The position numbers were made by a program, and so were the translations under genes. A stretch of DNA of 64,000 nt from assembly GCA_964234715.1 (NCBI GenBank), contig OZ174285.1; one strand, written 5' to 3'. Source of the DNA: Podarcis melisellensis (Eukaryota). Shown piece after piece: positions 35,301 to 49,455 of the stretch. The notes beneath the pieces are model-generated. The model saw only the letters and a list, made by a program, of their open reading frames with translations. It had not been told where the DNA came from and did no database searches. Every line of letters starts with the position of its first letter. The first letter of the stretch is position 1.

Positions 35301-38300
35301 AAGAAAATGCAGTGTTAGTGTTTGAATTTTGGAAATACTGAAGGTCAGAAATAAAGGAGCATATTCAAACGATGTTAAGCAGAAAGAAATTCTATTGAAA
35401 TCTTTGGAGCCTATACCCAAATGGTGCATGTGAGTTAGAAACATGTATGCTGTGATAGTTATCTCAGTCTCATAAGCAATACTACAGTTGCAACTTTTTT
35501 GCAAATAGTATAATAAATAGATACTTTAATTATATGGGTTTTTTTAAAAAATAGGTCTGCATTTTCTACATTATATTTACAGAATAAAATAGCTAGTAGG
35601 ATATATAGGTATACATTGGTTATCTTTCTAAATTGTTGGAGAATTCCAAAATCATTGCTCATCTTGGATCTAAAATGAATAGTTTTCAAAACCGCCCATA
35701 TGATAACATGAAAAGAAAAAGGTTGGGAAAGATGAGTATGTACTAATTTTAATGTGTCTCCGTTTGCCTATTCCTGACCCTTTTCAAAACAAAACAGCTT
35801 AGCAGGAGTTTATGGAAATAACAATGGTGGAAATCCTTTCTAAAATAAATTAATTGCTTTTAAACCTTTACTTTTACAATGGTATCTAGTGTTGCCTCTT
35901 TATGGTGCAAAAATATATGTGGCCGTTATTCTGTTTATTTGCTGAACTGACATTATAGATACTGTACGTTTAAAGACGGAACCCTGATTAAATCATCATT
36001 TTCGAATGCAGCTTTATGTTGGCTCAGAGCCCTCACATATGTTTGTAGCATATCGTACGCTGACCACCTCCCTGTAATAAGCATGAATTTCAGCATGGTT
36101 GCAGAAATAAAGCTCTCCTTCAGTTTCTTTGCAAATAAAATTATACGTGGTGGCTGTTTCACTTAATGGTGAATGGATGAGGTAGCTCTGAGAAATTAAT
36201 ACATCTCGCTTTTAAAGAAAAATACTGCATTCTCAACATCTTGGGCTGAGTGCATATTTTGGTTTGGGGAGGGAGCGGGGAGGTTAATTTAAAAAATGCT
36301 TATTGCCAGTACAGTCTTTAAATACCTTTCCAAGTGATCTACAGGAAATTGTGCAGAAGAGCTGTTTGTTTCCTGTTCGAGAATATGTCTGGTTCATGTT
36401 ATACTCAGTTTACTGTAAAATTGCCGTAGTATGTCAAGGACCTAGGATTTAGAGATATTGCACCAAGCTGTGTTTAGAAAGAGCGAAAGATAGACAAGAG
36501 CTGTCTAAATTCATAGGCATATTGTCATCTTCATTCACTAATAGGATTTTTCCCGTTGTTGTTGTTTTTTTTTAAAAAAAAGGCATTTGGAAAAGGCAAC
36601 TGCTGTCCGTTTCTTGCAGCCACCACACCGTCTATGGGACTCTTGTCACATATGGAAAACAGTGTGAGATGCTGCCAGCCTGATCCACAACCCAATGAAG
36701 TTTCTCAGTCCTCGAGCTGAAATTATTTACTGCCACTGCAGTCAATTTTGGGGTGGGGATAAATTGGCTTCAGCCGTCGTAATTCAGCTTAACTGGATTG
36801 TGGATCCGCTTCACTTTTGTCTGGGCAGTTGTCTGTCGGTCCAGGTTTGCTTTTGACGTGCTTCCTGTGCTTATACACGTGGCAGATGTCTGTCTCCAAA
36901 GACATCTTGGGGTAGAGGATGGAGGGGGAAATATATTCCCTAAAAATCCAGAGGATTGACTTCACGTTGTGGTGAACACACAACATTTCCTCAGTTGAAT
37001 ACGCCATATTTTTGTTTCGCCAAATTTGCATCTGACAGAATTTGCTCAGGAAAACAATAAGGTTCCCATTTTTTTTGCCACTGGAGTAACCTAGAAACTC
37101 TGCTGTGTGCTTATGAAGTGAAATCCTTAAAGCATTTGTGCGCCCTAAAGTATATGGTTGCTAGCGTGTCAAAAGGGCAACTTTATCATCCTTCACTTAA
37201 CTAGAACCGTCTTATATCCACCCCTCTCCCTGGACAGTTTCACAGACAAAAGTAGAGTTGCATGTTGACTGCATGTGTAAAGTTGTGTTGTTGTTTTTGT
37301 TGTTGCTGGCGGTTGTCTTGTTGGAATTACCAGTGTAGTTGCCATCGTAGGAACCTTTTGCAAATACGCAGTCATGCCACTAGTCCCTGTAAAACTCCTA
37401 CTATTTAAGATTTTATCAATTTATAGTATCATATCAACTAATTGTGATGATGATTCTGTGGGCGTTCCTCTTTTATAATGTGGAGTTCTTCACGTGTGCT
37501 TTTAATGCTCGTGTACATAGGCATGTGTGGTATATTCCCCCCCTTTTTGTTTTATTAGTGTGATGTCCCGAAAGATTAATAAAAAAAAATTAAATAGAGG
37601 AAATGTACTACACCTGCACCGTTTTTAATAGGTGCCTAAGCCAAGAGCGCAGCTGCTATAAATATCCCAGCGTACAAAACCTGGTTTTTGCAAGAGAAGG
37701 TGTGTTTCGGCATTGAACGAAGCTCAAGCCAAAGAAGGCTAGTCTGAAGCCTGGCAAATGAAAAAGCAGGGTTGCGATGTGTCTCTGCTCAGACACCCCT
37801 GAAATATGTAGTCTTTGCTTGCCGTCCTCAGGGGACCCAGAGCTGAGCTTTCATAGAGACCAAATTACACTCGTCCAGTGAGAAGGCAGTGTTGAAGTAA
37901 TTGGTGGGGCAGCGAGGAGAATGTTAGATTCCAGCTGCTTCTATTGTAGCTGACCTGCAAAATGCAAAGAGGATGTTAACAATCCAGGCTAACATTTGAC
38001 TTGGCTTTTTCACCTCTGTAGGCGATTCACTGAGAATTATAGACTAACAAACCTTGAGCACTAGTAATACTGCAGATTATAATGGGAGAGTCTATAATAT
38101 TAACGTTTTCTTTTCTCTCTCCTCTTTTTTTGGCATTTAAAAAAGAAACATTTTGCACTTGCTAGCTAAACTCCCTGTAATTACACTCGGGTAGTTTTTA
38201 TAGCTGATCCTTATTATTACTAAGTTATTTTATTTGACTGCTGTGGTTCAGATTCCCATTCCTTTATGGTCAATTACAGTACCCTTCCTCTTTAATAAAA

Positions 38301-39751
38301 GATTTATTTCACTTATTTCCCTGCCCTTAAGAACAACTGAACGTCAAATGTCTGCTGATTGTCCCTAAATAGTCTCTGTTTTAAAGGGAGCAAGAAAGAA
38401 TTGCTCAATGGCTTTTTAAAAAAAAATGAAAGGAGGGTTGGAGGGGGGAGATGGAATCCACATTGATACTGCCTGAATATTTAAGCCCAGCCAGTTAAAG
38501 GATGACATGATTAAAATAATCAAATGTATTACTTAAAAAATTAAAAAGGATAAGTGGTGCACCCCATTATTTTATTGACTTTTAAATATAAATTGCAGAA
38601 ATGTTTGCATTCTTAATGGCATTATTAAGCTGAACTGACAGATCATCGTGAAAAAGTTGATTGCCCAACATTTTATTACTACTGCACCTGTTACAACAAT
38701 TCCAACAGGCGAGGAATCACCATGATTCTTTGACTGTTTCTGTGAGCAGTTGTGGGAGTGATGGAAACAGCTAGAAAATATACTTAGTGTAATTTTCGTT
38801 GCGATGTTTTCTGCTTACTTAGATTAGTGCTGAAGCTTTTAGTACAGGTTGTAAACGCATATTCAGAAAGTGGGGAAAATACACTTTCTGTGATATGTAC
38901 TGCCTAAAAGTTTCTGATGGTTTTCGTTTATTTATTTATTTTAACCGCATCCACTTGTGAACCCAAGTCCTAAACACGGTGGCCCAGATGCACGCACCCC
39001 CTCCCTTTGCTTTGTACAAAATAAGCTTGAGAGCAAATTAAGTCGAGAGCACTGGGATTTATTTCCGGGGGGCGGGGGCATTCAGAATCGCTGTCCACAG
39101 ATATGGGCCACAATCCAATGCACAGTGATATGATCTTAAATTCCACCGAAAGATACCATTCCTCTCTGAATTGTGTGCTTTCTTGTGGCGTTTTCTATGC
39201 AAGCAGTAGTTTCCACGTAGCTTTGCATGTTCTGATATCTTTTTAAGATGAAGCTTCGTCCAGTAACAATGACTTCCCTTGGCTTGCTTTTTGTTTTGTT
39301 TTTAAGAGTTCTCTTCTGTGGCTAAAGATTAAAAGGATGATGGTTGTGTTATTGATGCGTAGTGCCTTTGTGAAATGTAATAATATTAATAATAATGAAA
39401 TCATTTCAGTATTTGCATCTTACCGTTTTAACAGCAAGGTGAACTTTATGGGCCATTTTGTAAAGCTTGCAGATGCTTTTTGGTAATCTGGTTATGCCAG
39501 CAGCATTTGATGTGCCCATTTATCAACAGGGGAGCTCACACAAAGGATGGCAGCATGAAGAAGTCCTTCGTTTTCCTCTGTACCTAACTAATAATAATAA
39601 TAATATTAGCAATATAAAGTGTAATCAAAGCACTTCATCTCAGAAATCATTGCAAAAATCTTCCCATAGTGCAGACGAGAGGGAGGGTCAAATTGTAGCT
39701 TTCCTTATGCTGCCTGCTGAATTTTGTGGCCAGGGCAGTTTTTGAACCAGG

Positions 39752-39888
39752 GACTCAGATAGCATAAGATTCTCAAGGTCATGGGTTCGAGTCCCGCACT
39801 GGGCAAAAAGATTCCTGCATTGCAGTGGGTTGGACTAGATGACTCTCGTGGTCCCTTCCAGCTCTAAAATTCTATGACTTCTGAGATT
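39752..39888 (+). mobile_element. SINE with tRNA-Lys(CTT)-like head and CR1-derived 3' tail
   Basis: B box GGTTCGAGTCC at 39784-39794 within tctcaaggtcatgggttcgagtcccgcactgggc, followed by the CR1 tail ttggactagatgac...gtcccttccagctctaaaattctatga. Confidence 0.8.
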
Positions 39889-42800
39889 GCATTGTTGGTT
39901 ACCATGCTACACAAGTTCTCAGAGGGTCTCTGCACAAGTTCTCATAGGCTAGACCCAGTTCCCCTTTCAGCACCTGAGCAAAGTCAAGAGCACATGAAGC
40001 GAGCAATGCCTTTGAGCTCATGGAAAGTGCCATGCAGAGAGTGCCTTTGAGCTCACAAGAGCGTTCCCTGAGTGGCCCATTCAACTCCCACCCATGACAT
40101 ATTTTGGGGTGGAGGGTGTGACTTTTCATTTGGCTTCATATCCGGCCACTCCCTGTTCAGAAATTGAAAACGTTTCTTGTTGCTGTTTATCATTAGTTCA
40201 AAATAAATCTTTCTTACCATACTTCTTTATAGTCTTTTAAATTAATCCCTTTGCTCTGGGTTTGAGGAAAGTAAAGTTAGTCCCATTATAGATATATTCT
40301 GACTTGATTAATAGCTTCCCAGAATAGTTCCAGGGCTTAACTCTTAGGAAAGAAATGGTTAAATTGTTTCTGCATGGACTACAAACAATTGAAGAGTTTC
40401 GCCTTAACACAAGCATCTCAATTTCTAGAATTACAAAGGCCTGATATTTATCACATCTATTACTTAATCGGAAGACTGGCTTGGCAGCAAAATACTTACA
40501 TAAACAGAATGAATGTTATTTAAATCAAGGTGCTGGGTTTTTTTTAGAGTTAGCACTATTTCTGTAATTATTTTTTTTCCAGCTAAGCTAAGAGGATATA
40601 CATAAAACAGATAATTTAACTGTTGCGTTGGTGAGCTTCTCACCTGCTTCATGCGGGAAATAAATCCCATGCATTTACCATTCCCTTAGCTGGCTAAAAT
40701 GCTGAAACCTGTTATTAGATATTTGTCCAGTGATATCGGAAGTTCGACTGGCAAAGGGGGTAATATGTACAGATCGGCTGCATTTTCATTTTAGTGTATT
40801 TTCAACACAGCGGCCAGGTTCAGATTACTTATTTTCAAATTCTGACAGCTGTGATATTTAAAACGATCCCAGCTGTTGTGATGCAAAATTGATTTTTCTA
40901 TTAACACCTGAAAAAGAGACCTTGTGTTGTACTAAGCATGTGAATGGTTGGACAGTAATATGATATGTTCTGATTTGCCTATGGTAATCCCATTTCCCAG
41001 CACTTGCAAATAAAAGCAAGCCTGTTTCTTGACTGGAGCTGTCGGAAATATGCACATGCAGTTTTGAAATCACTTACAACAGGAAGGAGCGACATAATAA
41101 ATTAAGCCCTTTTGAACATTTGATCTTATCCTATGCACTATTACCAGGAAGTAAGTTCCATTGAAGTCAGTGGGGCTTCCTTCTTCGTAAACACCCTTAC
41201 GATTTGCGCTGGAAAGCTCCTTTGTTAAAATGGTCCCTCTCAAAACCAATGTGGATGGAATTTGATTAACTCTACAAAATCCCGAAACCATGCATTTGAT
41301 GTAGATTCTGCATTGTCAGAAACTCATTTGCACTGTTTTTATTTCTACAGACACATAAATCTGTATTGTCAAAGAAGTGTTTAAATGATAAAACAATAAA
41401 TCTTAAACACACAAACACACCCTAGGAGAAACCGTGCTTCTTTTGTTTGTCATCTCTAAACATTGTTTTAGAATACATCAGACTTTAACAGCACAATCTT
41501 GTACATATTTACTCAAAGTAACTCCCTCTATGTTAGGTGGGACTTACTCTCAGGTACGTATGCTTAAAGGGGAAAACAGTTCTGCAAAATCTATTCCAGG
41601 CACTTAAAATGTATAGTTGCTACTGCTGCCATATTTACTTATTCAGTCAAATCACTTGGTGCCATCAGTTGGTATGGGATTTCATGGGAGCGGTGGTGGG
41701 GAGAAAGGTCCCCTGCAACTTACTTAAAATCTACGTGTATTTAATAAGAATGCATAACGTTTTCAGCATCGTTGGGGCCTTTCCCTCCGAAACATTTGTT
41801 GTTGTTCGTTGCCTCAATTGGCTGCTGCTGTGGTGCCATTTTTTGTTTGCATATAGGTCTCATCAAACACCTGTGTAGGAACGGCGATAGCGTCACACGG
41901 CAAATTAGATTTGGCTACATTATGATGTGATTGAGGGCAAATGAAGCTTGTTTAGACCGATCAGGGTGAGAACATCACAGGAAACAGGGCTTCACAAATG
42001 CTGCCACTACCTTTGGCACCACCTGAAAGAGGTGGTGGCACTTTTTACAGGATGTCAGATGTTTGCAAAAGGTGCACGCGTACCCCTTTTTGACTCAGTC
42101 CAAAATTGTATACAAACGGGTATAATATCCAGTGTAACTTGGTCTCCATTAGCAATAGGTTTCATGTGTTTATATGGATACTTTCCCATAGTATGTCTAG
42201 AGATATTGCTGCTGGTTTTACCTTGGGGTCAATTAAAACTACCTGCTCCCCCCCCCCCGAAGGTACCAGAGCTGATAATGAATGTCACCTGCTAGAATTT
42301 TATCCTTTTTATATATCACTTTCCAGAATTATAATCTGCATATTATAACCTTCTAAAACTATAGGCAAATTTAGGCCCTGATGCTTACATTTATCATATT
42401 CCACCTTCTTGGCAGCTCAGTGCATTCCAACCAATAATTCTGGTGCAAGAGTCGATACCACCAGGTGGTCTCTTGAGCACCACCAACAAAAGCACATATG
42501 TAAATGTTATGCAAAAATGGAAAGAATGGGCTTGAAATACACAAAGCTTGGAGCAATTCACACTATCCAGTTGGAGGTTTCTTTCAGTCATAGAATCAGA
42601 GTTGAAGAGTGCTTTGTCAGCAAATCCCTCTGCTTGGAAATCCAAATATTCAAGATGGACAAACTGTTTTTGTCTACCTGGATTCATCACGAAATGCCAC
42701 AGCAAACCTAGAATCTGTGTGCACGGTAGATCATTCAGATGACCACTTTGCTGTCCAGGCTAACTGCCACACAGTCCTGACATCTTATTTCAAATGTACA

Positions 42801-44291
42801 TAGAATGATTGACAAATTGTACATTATTGCGAATGTACTGTAGTGGGCTACAGTAAGAGTTAGGTGGGAGAAAAAAGGTGAGGGAAAGGTACTGATTAAT
42901 ATAAATAGATACATAATTAAAGGGCAGGTATTTCGTACAATGTTTTTCAAGATCTTCTGTTCTCACAGGCCAAATGAGATAGTCAGACACGTAAAAGGAG
43001 AGAATTTTACCCTCTGGAATTGGCTTAGATCAATCCAGCAAGGAAACCCACAGCCAAACTCCAGAGGGAACCCTGTTACATACATGCTACCTAGTTTACC
43101 ATGTATTAACTTGAATTCCCCCATACAGTAGTGTACCGATCACACATTGAAAAATGATTCCAAGTTAGATTCATTGGATAGTGGTGGTGGCTAATTTTGT
43201 TTTGCATGCACATATCAAGAGCATACTAACTAAATGGGTTTTTAAAAGATGTGTGTCTGTTCCTATCTTGTTCTGGACTTTGAAGGTTAGCAGAAGCAGA
43301 GTTTGTAGTGAAGGTATCTCTGGTCAAAGTGTCCTTTTGCTGGGCCACAAACTGAATTGGGTTGTGTGAGAAGGAAGCAGAGGCTTCCCTGCCCTTTTTT
43401 AACTCTTGTAGGAAGTCTTGCTTGGACCAAGAAAGGCAACTAGCCAATGTGTTTACATAGTAAGGGTTGGAGAATGAGTGCTGCAAAAAAAACAACAACA
43501 ACTCAGAAGGCCAAGGTGAGGACAGAGCAGGCTTAAATATCCCAACATCCATCCTAAGGCTTTGGGAAGTAATAGCAAAGCAGAGAGAGTGGTTCATCAA
43601 CAATAAATATATTTTGAAATCCATTCTATCTTCACTTCCATGGTACCTTGAGTTTTAAGGAGTAGACCATTCTGAGTTTTAAACCAGGAACAGCCAAAAA
43701 CACTTTTCTGCTCAACTGATGTTTGACGAGAACTGGGACAAAATAAAGGTTCAGTTCTTTGATTATTGCAACCCAGGTTTTGTAGCATCACTATTGTGCA
43801 TTACATTTATATAGAGTAACATCAGGTTATAAAATAAATAGAACTAAATAATAAATGCTACTCCTCATCCTTCTGAATATTGTTACTGATTAACCAGAGT
43901 AATCAGAACAAAAACATATTGATCTGAGACTACTTCTCACAGTTCTGGAAGTCTGATCCTGTACGTACTTGGAATAAAGTTCCAATTGTGTTAGGTTTTT
44001 GTGCAGGATTGTAGTATTAGATGAGAAAGTAACTACAGTTGCCATACATTTGCCAAAGGAAAACAAACAAAAATCTACGCAGTCCTCTCTTAGTTGGCTT
44101 GGAGATCAAGAGGCTTGTGCCACAGGAGGAGCGTTCCTACATTTCTCATTAAAAAGTCTGCCTGAGAACTAGAAAATAACATATCTAGTCATTGTTGTCG
44201 CTGAAGTTCTAAAGTCTGCCATGATGTATTTATACAGTATGCTAAACCAATGCCAAAAGAACAGCTGGAGACTGTTAGAAGAGTGTTCTGT

Positions 44292-45028
44292 GGCCTGGTT
44301 CATACACTACACTGAGCCCAAACCATGGCTGAGTGTGTATCCTCAAGCGAGGGCTCCTGGAGTTGAGCTTGTAGATGCTTTAGTCTCCCCTAGTTGTTTT
44401 CCTACTACTCCACAATGAGCCAAGCCATAGTCTGGTTTAGGGTGTCGTCTGAACCTTGGCTCATGGTACAACTCTCCCTGCAGCATAACAAAGGGCTGTT
44501 TCCAACATTTATCTTATGGTTTAAGGCAAGGGTTGGCAAGGTTTGCCTGACCTCGGCCGTTTCACTCCAGTGGAGATCCCTCCGTGGGCCGGATCATGCA
44601 TATGAGCGTGCCCACCCACGATTTCCAGCATCTGTGCAGAAGCATTTTCCAGCGTCTGCGCAGACGTGATTTTCTCCGTCTGCGCAGACGCGATTTTCAG
44701 CGCCGTGGAATCGAGTCACCGTGTAGCACCTGTTTAGTGCAGCACGTGGGGACTCGCCAAACGGCTCAGTTTGGGGGCAGCTTGTGGGCCGGTTAAACGA
44801 CCCCCATGCGCCGCTTGTGGCCCATGGGCCTTAGGTTGCCGACCCCTGGTTTAAGGCTTGTGATTTGTCCGGGGGAGTAGCTAAACTCAGGCAACACACT
44901 AAGCCAAAGAATGGCTTCACTTAGCATGGTGAAAGGGGCAAAGCAACCACAATCTCCTCTCCTAGAGCCTGTACACTCGAACATTCTCTCTCAGCAATGG
45001 TTTGACTTAGTGTGGTGTGCAAAAGCAG
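44292..45028. mobile_element. Old palindromic AACCATGG-family MITE hosting a nested hAT insertion
   Basis: ggcctggttcatacactacactgagcccaaaccatgg ... caatggtttgacttagtgtggtgtgcaaa. Related to 53383-53815. Confidence 0.6.
44527..44848 (-). mobile_element. Young hAT non-autonomous element with perfect 8-bp TSD and internal about 23-bp tandem repeats
   Basis: TIRs caagggttggcaag / gttgccgacccctg. TSD gtttaagg at 44519-44526 and 44849-44856. CpG-rich, with repeated cgtctgcgcagacg. Strand assigned relative to the 45752 copy. Confidence 0.92.
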
Positions 45029-45570
45029 CTCTGTTTCTTTAAATTGCACAGTATTTATTTGCAATAATGATTTATATTCCAGACACACTTGGTCTGTTGC
45101 TGTGTTTCAAAAATAAATGTGTGAGGAACACTTTGGGTTGTATACCAAGTATTTATATTTGTCACATTGCATGCAGCTCATCAGACTGAACCCCTGTGCC
45201 CGAAACATAAGGATCAAGAGGTTCTCCGCAGGGTCCCTCTTCCCCTGTCCTGCAGGATTCCCCCCTCCCTCCATTTTTCAGTCTGAAGTATATCACACCT
45301 GCACTGAGAGTAAAACAATATTTAACCGATATTTGCAAACCTTCAAATATTGTCAAGCTCTGGTTTAAGCCTAACCATCGCTATCATGAACTTCAGTGCA
45401 GATGTAATGCTACATAATGCTTAATAAAGATGAAGGAGGCGTGAATCCATACTGATTGGTGGCTAGGGGGTGGAGGGAGTAATTGATTGGTAAGTGTCAT
45501 TCTCACCATACAGAAAATGTGATGTGCCTAGAAATATTAATTGGTTGGTTTTTGGAATTACTATTTAAAG

Positions 45571-45709
45571 TAAGGGTAGCCAATGGGGTACCCTCTAGAT
45601 ATTGTTCCACTACAACTCCCATCATTCCTGATCACTGTCAATGCCGGCCAAGGCTAATAGGAGTTGTATTCCAAGAACACCTAGAGGGGAAGCACATTGT
45701 CTACCCCTG
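45571..45709. mobile_element. hAT MITE (related to the 20429 element), 7/8 TSD
   Basis: taagggtagccaat / attgtctacccctg. TSD atttaaag / atttaaat. Confidence 0.85.
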
Positions 45710-45751
45710 ATTTAAATGGTAATATATGTGGTTTAAAGGAATTGCCAACAG

Positions 45752-45986
45752 CAGGGGTAGGCAACCTAAGGCCCACGGGCCACAAGTTGCCCACGGGGGC
45801 TCGTTTAACCGGCCCCCGAGCCGCTCCTGAACCGAGCTGCCCGCTCAGTGAGTCCCCATGCGCTGCTCTAAACCAGCACAGCACAGGAACTCACTTCCGC
45901 TGCGCCGGAAATCGCATCTGTTCCCGTGCAGAAGGGATCTCCGTTGGAGTGAATCGGCCCAGGCAAAATAAACCTTGCCGACCCTG
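45752..45986 (+). mobile_element. hAT non-autonomous element, same family as 44527-44848 but inverted
   Basis: Start caggggtaggcaacctaaggcccacggg is the near reverse complement of the end of the 44527 element. TSD gccaacag / gccaagaa. Confidence 0.88.
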
Positions 45987-47007
45987 GCCAAGAATGTATG
46001 TGCATTGATTTAAGTATAAGCTTTTCTGGCAAGGAAGTATAAAATACATTTGTATCTGCTTGATCCTCGACTGTGATACTTACACATATTTCTAAAAACA
46101 ACATTCCTTTCTCTTTTGGTAGTCAGAATTATCCCTTCAGGAGTGAGAACAACTTGCACTTTAGGATTTTGGTCATTAAAACCTCACTCTTACTTTGTAA
46201 CAGTTACTTTCATTATGGCTACGTTTTGTTTGCCTATCTTAACACTTTGAACTAGTCAGCTATAAGGTTCACTCTGTTACTAACTAAATTCATGGATCTT
46301 CAGTTGAAAATCCAAATTAAACTACCTGGAGGCACAGTCCTTGGCATGCTAACATGTAGTGTCTGGAAGCTTTTGTAAGCAATTCCAGCTGTACAACAGA
46401 TCAGCTTAATGTTCAGCTCTGCATTACTGAATATGATATCAGTTTTGCCAATGACTTCCGTGGGATCACGACCGGGTAATTCTTGCAGCCCAAATCAGCT
46501 TCCATTTAGGAGTGGTTGCCAAATGTAAAAGAGACTTGTGCAAATCACATGTTTAAATGCCCTTTTGATATATGTTGGGATTTGTTTGTTGGTTTATTAA
46601 CACTCCTAGATAAGTCTGTAGCTGCTGTCGCATGTAAACTTCTATTCAGTGTGTGCTCGAGTCAGCCTGCAATGCCTTCATTGGCTGTAATGTACACCTG
46701 ACTTTTCTTTTGTGGGTGATCTGAGTCCTCTTCATGCGCAGGGTAAAATTACGATTATTTAGAGTGGTTGTGCAGGTGTCCTGATCACAAGCTCGTGCAT
46801 TGTGACTTTCTTTCCGGGTTGCTGTGGACAACACATGGTTGTTTGAGGAAGGCGACATAGTGACAATGGCGGTGGGACTAAAAGTACAACCCCTGGTCCG
46901 AGTAAACACATTTACTTCACACATGCAAGAAGCACATTAGTAGAGTTTCTGTCGCAATATATATTCTGCCCTTACAGCATTCACAGTTAGCACAGACAGC
47001 ATCTCTT

Positions 47008-47380
47008 AGGACCATAGGAAGCTGCCTTATACCCACTGGCGGAAGAAGGGGGCCGTCTGCCTCGGGTGTTATCCCTTAGGGGCGGTGCCCCCATGGGACG
47101 CTTGCCACAGGCGGCACCCCCGTGGAATGCTTGCCCCCACGGGCGGCTAGCTTTGCCCCCAGGTGCACCACATGCATGCCACTCCAGGTGCTGGAGCAGC
47201 TAGCTCCGCCTCTGCGTATACCCATTGATCCATATCGCTCAGTAACGTCTACACTAGCTGGCAGCGACTCTCTGGAGTTTCAGGCAGGATTCCCCAGTAC
47301 AACCTGGAGATGCCAGAGATTGAACCAGAAACCTTTTGCATACAAAACAGATGCTCCACCAACTGAGCTACAACCCTTCC
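47008..47380 (-). mobile_element. tRNA(Ala)-derived SINE interrupted by a hAT MITE
   Basis: cataggaagctgccttatac [insertion] ...gctcagtaacgtctacactagctggcag...tggagatgccagagattgaacc...gcatacaaaacagatgctccaccaactgagcta. Confidence 0.82.
47034..47214. mobile_element. GC-rich hAT MITE nested in the SINE
   Basis: TIRs cactggcgga / tccgcctctg. 8-bp TSD cttatacc (47026-47033) / cgtatacc (47215-47222). Confidence 0.85.
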
Positions 47381-48557
47381 TATGGGCAAATCTGTACTGG
47401 TTAAGGGTCAAAGTGCAAGATGGTTGCGTTCTAAATCTCAGGGAGTTTGGAATAAGACAATAAGGGAGCAGGCGGGTGTCAGTGGTGGCTTGGATCCTGC
47501 ATGGCTATGACTCTACAAATCTGAGCTGGATGTCTGGTTGCAAGGTGCATAGGGAGGCTTGCAGTAGCCTGCTTTGAAGAAACATGAATAGCATAGCCAT
47601 ACTGCATTATAAGAGGAGTTCTGCATGGGGGTGTTTCTTGTTTTGATCCGTGTGGAGCTGGATACAATGCATACTTCTAGGTAGGGATCTTTTCAGTGTG
47701 CTCAATCCTAAACATGCTTACAGCATTTAACACAGTTGGAGTTACTTTCCAAGTGAGCGTGCATATTGCCACTTAAGATGAAGCTTGGTTCATCATAGCA
47801 CAGGCTAAAAGTTACTGATCTACATGATCAAACTCTGAGTGGGTGTCAAAATGTGCCTTCTAACTTTTTAGTTAGGTCAGTATTTGCAAAAATTCCCTTC
47901 CATTTCAAAATCATGAACTTCTGATTGGTAGCCTGTCTCCTTTTCTTCTTCTGTTATCAGTTCAAATGCACGCTGAGTATTTTTCAGACAACCTCTTTAT
48001 ATTAAGATACGAACACAGCGCATCAGGAGATAACAGTGTCACAAGCTGTCAGATGCTTTATCATGTGTCTCGCGATGCTCTGCACAAACCATCATTTCTC
48101 TCTGTAATAATTATGGTGTTAAGAGTCACTTGTGTTTGTGTACACTCTTTCAACTTTCCCAACGTTTGGTTCTGTTATGCAAAAGACCACTTTAAACTTA
48201 GAAATGCCAATTTGCATTAATATTTTGCTTCCGTATAGCTAGCTGTTGCATCACAGAAAATTTTAAAAATGCATTATAATGAGCATTGGCAGGAAGCTGA
48301 AAAAATATGGTCTTCATTAAGCTCAATTGTATGAAATGCAGTAGTTTGTTGCCAGAAGTCATTAGGATAAAATGTAGTGCATTTTGAGGCCACTAGTATA
48401 TCTCTCATCATAGAGAATGATGACTGTATGGAATTGTAAAGCTTCAGTGCTGTTCACTGCCTAGTGTAATGCTATCTCGTCTCTCTCTAAGACCTGCATT
48501 CTGGTAGTCCATAGTACTGCTTTGAAATAGGTTCTGCTGTTTGAACAAAGAAAAAAG

Positions 48558-48591
<34 letters not shown>
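48558..48591. repeat. (CA)n microsatellite
   Basis: Direct reading. Confidence 0.95.
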
Positions 48592-48593
<2 letters not shown>

Positions 48594-49455
48594 AGCTTTC
48601 CTTAATATTTTCAGCATTGTTCTAATGAGTGTGATTTTGCATTTTAGAGTTTTGTACTTGATGTATATTACATAAATGACATTAACCTCAGATTTGGGAC
48701 TAAAATATTACACTGCCACTGGGCATGCAGGACAAATATTTAACCAATTAGTATATTAATGTATTTCGGAAATCTACAAATTGAATAAAAATTGTACACA
48801 AGTTCCTTCTTCAGAGCAGCTGGGATCTGTGTTAGGAAGCCCATAGTCAAGCATATATCAGTAATGGTGGGTGACCATAGTCAAGACTTTCTTATGAAAT
48901 CAACAATTGCAGCCCATACCGATTCTGTCTTTTTCTGCCCCTTAGCCACCCTTAATTTTTGAGTTACGTTTTCCAAAGTGGCTGCTTCCCAGACTCCTTG
49001 GTTCCATTCACCCAAAAACTATCCCTTGAAATGTCATGCAGTTACAAGCTATTATATTCTATGCCACAGATAGCAAGCATCCAAATCTTTTGAACAAAGT
49101 TAAGAGTGCCAGTTAGGGAGACCATTGGTCCGTTATGGTGCTCACTGCTTGAAAAACCTGTACCAAGAAGGCCTTCACCAGTGGGCAATCCTACTCTGTA
49201 TGTACATATGTCCCCACTAAATGGGGACTTCTGCAGTGTAGGAAACTGTCCTTGTACGTTTGTTTCGTCAAACCAACTCGGGAAACTTTCAGCTTTATTC
49301 CAGATACTGTTTTAAATTTGAAAAGCACAATTAAATATTAGGTATATTAAACCAGTGCTTTGATAATATGCCAAACAATTGATACTATTCCCCACAATTT
49401 ACCTAAATTGCAGAATTGTACAATTTTCAATCGATTGACTGCAAAAGATATAGAC

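Noticed and set aside
39752-39805. Functional tRNA-Lys gene
   Set aside because: The 5' half and anticodon arm are degenerate, and it is fused to a CR1 tail, so it is a SINE head.
42394-42711. Overlapping about 100-aa ORFs on both strands
   Set aside because: No recognisable similarity to viral, TE or cellular proteins.
44620-44710. Short direct repeats resembling a CRISPR-like array
   Set aside because: No unique spacers; internal tandem repeats of a eukaryotic hAT element.
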